Shown here in pieces: positions 18,031 to 25,142 of a DNA stretch of 33,177 nt. This DNA comes from Candidatus Thorarchaeota archaeon (GTDB taxonomy: Archaea > Asgardarchaeota > Thorarchaeia > Thorarchaeales > Thorarchaeaceae), in the NCBI GenBank assembly GCA_048882325.1, contig JBHLRS010000031.1:1-33177 (forward strand). The letters are read 5' to 3'. A program made the position numbers and the translations under genes. Under the pieces are notes generated by a model. The model saw nothing but the letters and a program-made list of their open reading frames with translations. It was not told the origin of the DNA and made no database searches. Each line of letters begins with the position of its first letter. Within the stretch, counting starts at the first letter, position 1.

Positions 18031-18861
18031 ATGGCTCAAGACACAATTGTCGGAGACCTCACAAGTCTGGGCCTTACCAAGAATGAGGCCAAAGCATACC
18101 ACTCACTTGTTAGACTTGGGAGGTCCTCAGCCAGGGTCATTGCTGAGGACTCAGGCATCCCGAGGAGCAAAGTGTATGAGACACTCAATCTTCTGGAAAA
18201 GAGAGGGATCATCAAGAAGGTTGCAGGGAGTGATCCAACACTCTTTGATCCAGCTCCTGTAGACGCAGCGTTGGACCACCTTGAAGAGAAGGTGAAAAGC
18301 TCTGCCACAAGTGCAAGAAAGAAGTTGAAGGGACTGCAGTCTCTCAGGGGAACTGAGGCTAAGGAGTTTGCCTGGGCAGTGCAGGGAATGGAACAGGTCA
18401 TTATGGGTCTGCGGACATCCATTGAAAGCGCAGAGGATTACGTATACATAGCATCTGCATCACCGGGTCTGCTAGGACATCTCAGAGGAGCCTTCAGTAC
18501 AGCAAAGAGTAGGAACGTCAAGATAGAACTCTTCACGACCACTCCAGGCTCACAGGAAGTCCCAGGTCTTGAGCATTACCTAAAAGTGTCGATTGCTATG
18601 CCTAGTACAGAACTGCTGAAGGAGAGCTTCGTTGAGGTCTTTCAATCACCATCTTTGTCCGCAGATGAGTGGGAGCCTACACGTATGTTGATTGTGAATA
18701 TTGACGGTCGTGAGAGCGTAGGAGTGTTCCTTCCGGAGGATGACTCCTCACAACCCTGGGCATTGCACATACGAAGCCGGCTAGTGGTATTGATCCAATG
18801 GCAGGTGGTCAAGACTGTTCTGTCAGGTGTGGAGGCCATAGTTCAAAATGAAATGTCTTAG
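18031..18861 (+). CDS. trmB: TrmB family transcriptional regulator
   Basis: LGLTKNEAKAY..L...G..SA..IAEDSGIPRSKVYETL..LEKRG, followed by a C-terminal effector domain. Confidence 0.93.
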   Translation: MAQDTIVGDLTSLGLTKNEAKAYHSLVRLGRSSARVIAEDSGIPRSKVYETLNLLEKRGIIKKVAGSDPTLFDPAPVDAALDHLEEKVKSSATSARKKLKGLQSLRGTEAKEFAWAVQGMEQVIMGLRTSIESAEDYVYIASASPGLLGHLRGAFSTAKSRNVKIELFTTTPGSQEVPGLEHYLKVSIAMPSTELLKESFVEVFQSPSLSADEWEPTRMLIVNIDGRESVGVFLPEDDSSQPWALHIRSRLVVLIQWQVVKTVLSGVEAIVQNEMS

Positions 18862-18940
18862 GTCAACATATCCTACCGCTTTTAAAAATCCATTTCGATT
18901 CATATTTTAGTCAAATCAAGTGCCTAGAAATTGGAGTAGG

Positions 18941-19756
18941 ATGATTGTGAATAAACCTCATCTTGTTGCTTTAAAATGCCCACAGTGCGGAAAGAAACTC
19001 GTCTTCAATGGAAGTTTCGATCCATCCGAGGATGTGAGAGATGGAGAGATTGTTTGCCAGAAGGGACATGTCTGGCCCATTACTAATGGTATCCCTTCGC
19101 TTGTCTATCCCCCAATATCCGAAGAAGACGCAAAGTGGATCAAAGATTATGATGAGATGGCGGAGAATTATGATGAGCTTGTCAAACAGTATGATGAGTG
19201 GCTAGGAATTGACATGATGAAAGAGCGTGAGAATTTCCACGCCATCATTCCCATCGAAGGACCTCTGAGTATAATTGATGTCAGTGTTGGTACAGGTGCG
19301 AACTTCATGGCCTTATACAACACACACAAAGACCAGATGGGTAGGTTCAATCTTCATGGGTTAGATCTGTCTACAGGTATGCTCAAGGTGGCTAGTGGAA
19401 AGTTCACCCAAAGTGGTCTTTCAGTCAGTCTTACACATGGCAGTGTGTTCAACATCCCATACCAGAGAAACCTCTTTGACATCGTTATTCACTCTGGAGG
19501 CCTCAACACATTTTCAGACATCCCAGGAGCATTGAAGGAGCTGCTGCGGATTGCAAAACCCAACGGTCAGATTATAGTGGTGGATGAGGGACTATCCCCT
19601 CAAAAGAGGAAAACCGAGGAAGGAGAAGCCATCATGAAAGCAAACACACTGTTTGCAATCAAACCCCCTTTAGAGCACATCCCTGACGAAGCAAGGGATG
19701 TAGAAGTCACCTATGTTATGAATGAAACCTTCTATCAAATCGTCTTCAGGAAATAG
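18941..19756 (+). CDS. Trm112-like Zn-ribbon fused to a class I SAM methyltransferase
   Basis: CPQC...GEIVCQKGHVWPITNGIPSL followed by DVSVGTG, GLDLSTGML, FDIVIH, LRIAKPNG. Confidence 0.88.
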   Translation: MIVNKPHLVALKCPQCGKKLVFNGSFDPSEDVRDGEIVCQKGHVWPITNGIPSLVYPPISEEDAKWIKDYDEMAENYDELVKQYDEWLGIDMMKERENFHAIIPIEGPLSIIDVSVGTGANFMALYNTHKDQMGRFNLHGLDLSTGMLKVASGKFTQSGLSVSLTHGSVFNIPYQRNLFDIVIHSGGLNTFSDIPGALKELLRIAKPNGQIIVVDEGLSPQKRKTEEGEAIMKANTLFAIKPPLEHIPDEARDVEVTYVMNETFYQIVFRK

Positions 19757-19764
19757 ATGCGTTT

Positions 19765-19782
19765 TTGGTGGTTAAACACCAA
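19765..19782. terminator. Short hairpin between convergent transcription units
   Basis: TTGGTG-gttaaa-CACCAA next to a T5 run after the methyltransferase stop. Confidence 0.4.
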
Positions 19783-19807
19783 GTGATTGTTTCGACTATA
19801 TCGTCGC

Positions 19808-19848
19808 AAAAAGAATGGATGTGCTCAAGTGGCTTCCCACAGGAGCAC
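19808..19848 (-). terminator. Hairpin plus U-tract closing the small-peptide operon
   Basis: Minus strand GUGCUC-CU-GUGG-GAAG-CCAC-UU-GAGCAC followed by AUCCAUUCUUUUU. Confidence 0.6.
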
Positions 19849-19941
19849 CTCTTCAACTGTAACATCACGCTGCTTAGAAGCGCTCTCTGATTGGCTTTTA
19901 TCCCTTCGCTCAAAGTCGAGGGTCTTACTGTGGTAGTACAT
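19825..19941 (-). CDS. Possible small peptide 3 (38 aa) MYYHSKTLDFERRDKSQSESASKQRDVTVEEVLLWEAT
   Basis: ATG 6 nt after the peptide 2 stop, with AGGT upstream, the same coupling geometry as peptide 2; lacks the shared motif and overlaps the terminator hairpin. Confidence 0.4.
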   Translation of the reverse strand: MYYHSKTLDFERRDKSQSESASKQRDVTVEEVLLWEAT

Positions 19942-19947
19942 TGTAAT

Positions 19948-20037
19948 CTACCTGTACATGTAAGAGTGAGTTATAGCATCAGTTGAGATCTTCGGCCTGG
20001 GCGTGAATTTCCTCTTCTGTGTCTTTGCAAGTGCCAT
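19948..20037 (-). CDS. Small peptide 2 (29 aa) MALAKTQKRKFTPRPKISTDAITHSYMYR
   Basis: GGAGGT SD 8 nt before the ATG; C-terminus similar to peptide 1, with synonymous codon differences. Confidence 0.72.
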   Translation of the reverse strand: MALAKTQKRKFTPRPKISTDAITHSYMYR

Positions 20038-20043
20038 GATACT

Positions 20044-20151
20044 TTACCTCCGATAGGCGTATGCGTACCCGATAGCGTCAGTTGTGTAAACCTTCGCAAT
20101 CTTGTTGTCCAACTTCTCTCTCTTGTCGTTAGTTAGTTTCATGCGATACAT
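20044..20151 (-). CDS. Small peptide 1 (35 aa) MYRMKLTNDKREKLDNKIAKVYTTDAIGYAYAYRR
   Basis: First ORF after a BRE/TATA; GTGA just upstream; shares the TDAIxxxYxYR motif. Confidence 0.72.
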   Translation of the reverse strand: MYRMKLTNDKREKLDNKIAKVYTTDAIGYAYAYRR

Positions 20152-20184
20152 TGTTTATCACAACATATGACACACCAAATTTGC

Positions 20185-20198
20185 ATATAAGGTTTGCG
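20185..20198 (-). promoter_or_regulatory. BRE/TATA promoter of the small-peptide operon
   Basis: Minus strand CGCAAACC-TTATAT, about 34 nt upstream of ATG 20151. Confidence 0.65.
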
Positions 20199-20479
20199 TC
20201 ACCAACCATTTCTGTTTTTGTTGTTGATTGATTACACTATTTATATTGAAATAGGTTGAAAATATGTAAAATACAAACTCTTCAATATTGAATGGTTCGC
20301 CATCACCAGCAAACTTAAATAATTAGTTTGTCCAGAATATCATAGAATGGGGGCGTTAAAACACGCTCTTGGCGAGTTTAAAATAAAAACCCGCGAACAA
20401 ATTCCAGAACGAACGATTCCCGGGCCATCCGAGTCGCTTGAAGAATCGACGGATCGAAAATGCATTGGTGAACACAAAC

Positions 20480-21235
20480 ATGGGTGACGATAACATCACA
20501 ACGGAAATCACGGACAGCCTTGAGGGAATTGTCTTAACGAAAGAGGGTAAAGAGCCTCAGAAAGAGATCGTATTTGTAACAAATCAAGAGGCCGCTGATG
20601 TTCTAGACGAACTGGTTAGATACAACATATTGCAAGTCCTACGAAAGGGTATAGAGGACACATTGACCACAAAGACTGTGGATAAGGAAACTGGAGACAC
20701 TATAATACGACAAAAGGTTGTTGTCCGAGATGTGCTTTCAGTAGTGGAGATGGTCAAACTCTCGCCACAGTGTTGCATCGAGGGTGAAGAAATCACCAAG
20801 AATCAAGTGTATCACCACCTTCCAAAGCTAATCGAATATGGCTATGTCATAAAGTATGGTACTGTGACCAAAGGAAAACGAAGTACTGACTACTACAGAA
20901 GAACAGCCAAGGGATTCATGCTGACCACAGGAACTTGGGGCACTGAAGAGAAAAGGGTGAGAGAGAAACTGGAAGGTTTCACAGACAAGATGCTCGAAAC
21001 ATTCAATCTGGATTTATCCAAGGAACAGCGCGAAGAGCTCGTTGAGCTGAGTGTCAAAAGAGCACAGATGCAATATGAGTGGAGGACCAAGATAGCTGAA
21101 ATGGTCAACCTGGACATTGCCACTAAAGAAACCCTCTCAATGTACGAGATGATGTTGGACTACTACTCTGTTGGTTCAAAGGAGTACATGGACACCATTT
21201 ATCGAATACGTGAGATTCTCTTCCCTGAGAAATAA
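20480..21235 (+). CDS. ArsR/HTH_20-like winged-helix regulator with an inserted loop and helical C-terminal domain (start ATG 20480)
   Basis: RYNILQVL...LSVVEM...ITKNQVYHHLPKLIEYGYV...DYYRRTAK; GGTGA SD at 20467-20471. Confidence 0.82.
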   Translation: MGDDNITTEITDSLEGIVLTKEGKEPQKEIVFVTNQEAADVLDELVRYNILQVLRKGIEDTLTTKTVDKETGDTIIRQKVVVRDVLSVVEMVKLSPQCCIEGEEITKNQVYHHLPKLIEYGYVIKYGTVTKGKRSTDYYRRTAKGFMLTTGTWGTEEKRVREKLEGFTDKMLETFNLDLSKEQREELVELSVKRAQMQYEWRTKIAEMVNLDIATKETLSMYEMMLDYYSVGSKEYMDTIYRIREILFPEK

Positions 21236-21243
21236 TAAGTCAT

Positions 21244-21618
21244 CTAGATATGTCCACGCAGTTGGATTGCTGTCTTTTTGACATCAATGAGTGCGAGTTC
21301 AGGTACTGCTGATGGTGCAGCAAATGCAATAGCCCAGCTATTCTCGTCAATTAGTACTAGGATGAGATGACCCATGTTATCATCTGCGGTTGCAATATAT
21401 GAGTCATCAGAAGAGAACACTCGTTTGTAGGTCACCCCTCCACAGGTCAGATTTGACGAGTCCTTGTCGGCTGCCTTGAGGATTGTTTCTATGTCCTCCA
21501 CAAGATTCCAATTATCTGTCTGCCAGACAACTGTACCACTTGTAGCAACTGCAAATGCATGAATCTTCGGATTGTTGGAAAAGAGAATATTCCATTCATG
21601 TCCTATCACTAGTGCCAA
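21244..21618 (-). CDS. Profilin-like protein 2 (divergent; probable TTG start at 21618, 124 aa)
   Basis: IHAFAV...VVWQTDNWNL...GVTYK...SYIAT...GHLILV...WAIAFA...DVKKTA..LRGHI aligns with the neighbouring profilin; GGGGGT SD 7 nt upstream. Confidence 0.8.
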   Translation of the reverse strand: MALVIGHEWNILFSNNPKIHAFAVATSGTVVWQTDNWNLVEDIETILKAADKDSSNLTCGGVTYKRVFSSDDSYIATADDNMGHLILVLIDENSWAIAFAAPSAVPELALIDVKKTAIQLRGHI

Positions 21619-21652
21619 ACCAAAGACCCCCACATTTACTGTGATGTGTATG

Positions 21653-21678
21653 AGGGGAGAACTTTGAAGTTTTCCCCT
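21653..21678. terminator. 11-bp stem-loop between the two profilin genes
   Basis: AGGGGAGAACT-TTGA-AGTTTTCCCCT. Confidence 0.6.
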
Positions 21679-21701
21679 AATGCTCACATGATCAGAAAAT
21701 A

Positions 21702-22088
21702 CTAGATTTTGCCTCGTAGGGTCTTTGCGGCTCTGTCTACATCAACGTAGACACCATCTGGCTGTGCCTGAGCGTCAGCCCATGCTACAACCCATCTGTC
21801 ACTAGCAGCATCGACCTTAGTAAGAATCAGAATTCCATTGCCCTGCACATTGCGGGCAACCAAGCTCTCAGGAGTAGAGCGCATTGTTGAATACTTCACT
21901 TGATTCTGGACAACACTGGCTGCACGAGACTTCACTGCAGACATCAAGTTTGCAGCATCGGCTGTCAAGTCCCAATTATTACTCTGCCAGAGAACTTGTC
22001 CGGACTCTGAGATCACACCAAAGGCTTGGACCATATTTCCTGAACTATTGTATGCTTGCGTATATGCATCCATTACTGGATCGCTCAT
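21702..22088 (-). CDS. Asgard (Thor-type) profilin
   Basis: 128 aa: VQAFGVISESGQVLWQSNNWDL...QVKYSTMRSTPESLVARNVQGNGILIL matches the Asgard profilin pattern (WQxxNW, xKY, LVAxNxxGxG); GGGGTGA SD. Confidence 0.9.
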   Translation of the reverse strand: MSDPVMDAYTQAYNSSGNMVQAFGVISESGQVLWQSNNWDLTADAANLMSAVKSRAASVVQNQVKYSTMRSTPESLVARNVQGNGILILTKVDAASDRWVVAWADAQAQPDGVYVDVDRAAKTLRGKI

Positions 22089-22216
22089 CGTAATTCACCC
22101 CGTACAATCTACGGTCTATGACTTCTCGGAGCTGCTTCCCCAAATAAACAAATCCTTGACGGCCCCTGTTGTAAGACTTTAAACAGACTCTTATGTGTGT
22201 ATACAATTTGGAACCC

Positions 22217-22516
22217 ATGGTAAATGCAATATGGGAAACTGCAAGGGGAACTCTACTTCGAGTCATTGTGAGACCCAACTCAAAGGAGAAGAATTTTGTT
22301 GCATATATCACGCCTGAAGCGATTCTCGTCAATCTACAGAGTCCAGCGCGAGAAGGAAAGGCTAATTCTGAGCTAATAAAAAAACTCTCAAAGATGTTGA
22401 AGGTTTCTACATCTGAAATAAGTCTAGTCGCAGGACACAAGACCAAGGAGAAGACCATGTTAATTGTAGGTATGAGCGCAGAGGAACTCACAAACAAACT
22501 GATGAATGTGACATAG
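22217..22516 (+). CDS. DUF167/UPF0235 (YggU-like) protein
   Basis: VIVRPNSK...SPAREGKANSELIKKLSK...GHKTKEK. Confidence 0.9.
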   Translation: MVNAIWETARGTLLRVIVRPNSKEKNFVAYITPEAILVNLQSPAREGKANSELIKKLSKMLKVSTSEISLVAGHKTKEKTMLIVGMSAEELTNKLMNVT

Positions 22517-22592
22517 GCAGTTAAATAGTGCTTGAGAGTCTTCATTTCCGAAGAGCTACATCTAGGATTACTAATGCCCGGAGTTAATACTA

Positions 22593-25142
22593 GTGTTGAG
22601 AATAGACCGAACCACATTCCTTAGCATCACTTACGCTGTCGGTCTTACTCTTGTCACATTGGCAATACTTTCTGGTCGATTTACCCACCCGGATGTCCTA
22701 ATCACACTTGGGGTGGAATTATTCCTGCTCTATATCTCAGTGTTTAAACCCCCTCTCAAGAGAAATGAAATCATTGCAATGGTTCTCTTTGCAACAGCAT
22801 ACTACCCACTTAGTGTGATATTTGGCATATTCTCGGACATGGTAGTGGTTACTGTTGGAGGAGTAGCTATATACGTGGCAATGACAGTTAGAGTCGAGCT
22901 ACATCCGACAAAAGCCTTGCTCGCAGGTCTATTCTCAGCAGGAATCTTCTTTGCATTATATCTGATGGTCCAGAGAGGAGTGGCCCAACCAGATGTAGTG
23001 ATGGCTTTAGTCATACATACAATGCTGCTGTACATGTCTCTCAGCAAACGTCCACCGGACAAGACTGAGTTAGCTGCAATTAGTGCGCTAATCTTTACAT
23101 GTTTGGCCCTCAGTGTAACGTTTGGATTTCTCTCGTTTGTTGTCATTTGGTCACTTGGAAGTCTCACATTCTATGGACTCATCAGAGCAGAACCTAAGTT
23201 CCCCTTGACTAAACGAGCAATGGGCACTGGTCTGATTGTTGGAGTAGTAATGACATTCATGGGCATCTATCTCGCTCTAAAGATTGGTATCGTTTTTCTT
23301 GTGGGAGCTGAGATGTTGGGTGCTATTTTCCTCGGGATGAGGGGAGGATACACCCGAGAAGAGAACGCGATTGCAGTTACTATATCGAACACTTCATCCA
23401 TGGTGGCAATTGGTGTTCTACTCACATATCCTGCAATAGCAATCTTCGATTCAGGAGATCCCATTACAGGAAATCCTCTCTTTAACACCAATCACATAGC
23501 CTATGACCCAGTAATGACTCTCCTCTTCATAATGTTCACTACCGGCATCAGCGCGGTATTTGGAATTGTGCTCCTAGCGCCATTCAGAAAACGATTCGAG
23601 CATGAACCCTGGCCTCGTGTACAACCCCAGGTGGAGTGCATTAACTCCATTGGAAGTGATGCAGAATCCAAAAAAGCCGTGGGAATTGGATTGGCAGCAT
23701 CCGGAGCATGGGTCGGAGCAACAAAGATAGCTGAGAGTGTTTCCAGGATTTCATTGAGTACACTGCCCTATGCTCTAACACCTGTAGCTCCTGCAGTGGC
23801 TGCAATTCCGGACTGGATTGGTATCAGCAACTCGCCGATGATTGCGGGTATAGGATTCTTTGTTGGATGGAAACGATCACTTGTTATGCTCTTAGGAAGC
23901 ATAATCTCAATGGTAATCTGGATTGTCTTGGAGGGCGCTGATGGGAGTATACTCTATACTGCACACCTGAAACGACCGGAGATTTTGTATCTTGTTCTCG
24001 GAGTTTTTGTTACTGTAATCTTAGCGGATATGATGGGAACAAGAGGGGAGAGGAATCTGACACCTGATGAAGTGCAAGAGAAGATGACCCCTAAAGATGA
24101 GGACTCCGTAATTGTTGAAAATCCTCACAAAACTGATGAATTATCTACGATTCTGAGGGTCAAGCAGGAATTGTTCTCCATAGAGGCCTTCAAGGAGGAC
24201 GTTAGGCAGATTGTGGAAAATCCGAGGGAGTTTTTGAGGTCGAGGAGAGGAAAGGTCCCAGTCTGGATCGCATTTGTGTCAATGGGACTCTTCATTATTG
24301 TGGGACTTGTAGTATTCTGGTTCATTGCACCATTCATCGAAGCTGGATCAAGACCTCTTCGAATTCACTGGCTCTTGATCATCTTAGGTACTCCCTTGTC
24401 GCTTGTTTCTGCGTACTTTACAGCAAGGGCAATCAGTGAAACAGGAATGCTTGCAGGATATATCTCTGACATAATAGCAATTCCAGCGATTCTTTTCTTT
24501 CGAGTGACGTTTGCTGCCATAACCACATTCATGGGCATGCTTGGGGCGATTCAGGATGCGGCTATAGCATTACTGGTCCATCTCAAACTTGGTTCGTTGA
24601 CAGGTGTTCGTGGGAGAGACATACTGAAAGCGGTATTCATCGGAACCGTGTTAGGCACGACTGTTGGTTCGCTAATAACGTTCGAAATATTCAGCACTTA
24701 CGGTTTCGGGACTGTTGAGTTTCCGAGTCCAGCTGCGCAGCTCTTCGGATTCCTTGTACAAAGTCTTCAGGGAATAGGTGAGATGCAACTACCTGGCCTC
24801 CCTGAGTTTTCTATACTTGGTTTTCTCTATCTCTTGTCCTGGGGAGTTGCTGGATTCCTGACCGGGAGGGAGCTGAATAAGAGAGGATTGAGTCCAATCA
24901 GTCTCGTTGTTGGTGTCCTCATCCCACCAGCCACTTCTGTCACGATTCTGATTGGCGGATATATCAGTTATAGAGCAAAACAGATTCAAGAACCAGCGCC
25001 TCTCACAGATCATTTGCCACAACAAGTCGAAGTCTGTGATGCAGGGTATAGCAGGACAAGCAGAATTCTTAGTGGTATAGTAGCAGGTGAGGCAGTTGTG
25101 ACTGTGATATGGGTTCTATTGAGTGTATTCCTCTTTATCTAG
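22593..25142 (+). CDS. OPT/YSL family oligopeptide transporter with an extra duplicated N-terminal membrane module
   Basis: OPT core starts at LTKRAMGTGLIVG...YLALKIG, with EEN, FPSPAAQ and SGIVAGEA; aa 1-207 form a 2 x 100-aa repeat. Confidence 0.87.
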   Translation: MLRIDRTTFLSITYAVGLTLVTLAILSGRFTHPDVLITLGVELFLLYISVFKPPLKRNEIIAMVLFATAYYPLSVIFGIFSDMVVVTVGGVAIYVAMTVRVELHPTKALLAGLFSAGIFFALYLMVQRGVAQPDVVMALVIHTMLLYMSLSKRPPDKTELAAISALIFTCLALSVTFGFLSFVVIWSLGSLTFYGLIRAEPKFPLTKRAMGTGLIVGVVMTFMGIYLALKIGIVFLVGAEMLGAIFLGMRGGYTREENAIAVTISNTSSMVAIGVLLTYPAIAIFDSGDPITGNPLFNTNHIAYDPVMTLLFIMFTTGISAVFGIVLLAPFRKRFEHEPWPRVQPQVECINSIGSDAESKKAVGIGLAASGAWVGATKIAESVSRISLSTLPYALTPVAPAVAAIPDWIGISNSPMIAGIGFFVGWKRSLVMLLGSIISMVIWIVLEGADGSILYTAHLKRPEILYLVLGVFVTVILADMMGTRGERNLTPDEVQEKMTPKDEDSVIVENPHKTDELSTILRVKQELFSIEAFKEDVRQIVENPREFLRSRRGKVPVWIAFVSMGLFIIVGLVVFWFIAPFIEAGSRPLRIHWLLIILGTPLSLVSAYFTARAISETGMLAGYISDIIAIPAILFFRVTFAAITTFMGMLGAIQDAAIALLVHLKLGSLTGVRGRDILKAVFIGTVLGTTVGSLITFEIFSTYGFGTVEFPSPAAQLFGFLVQSLQGIGEMQLPGLPEFSILGFLYLLSWGVAGFLTGRELNKRGLSPISLVVGVLIPPATSVTILIGGYISYRAKQIQEPAPLTDHLPQQVEVCDAGYSRTSRILSGIVAGEAVVTVIWVLLSVFLFI

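Noticed and set aside
20286-20310. Fluoride-riboswitch-like GGUGAUGG on the minus strand
   Set aside because: It lacks the GUUCxCC pairing and the downstream GCUGAUGAC motif, and no fluoride-related gene is nearby
21619-21687. N-terminal extension of profilin 2 from 21687
   Set aside because: It runs through the intergenic hairpin; an SD-supported TTG at 21618 gives a length matching profilin 1
22045-22617. 190-aa minus-strand ORF
   Set aside because: Antisense shadow of the DUF167 gene that also spans promoter regions
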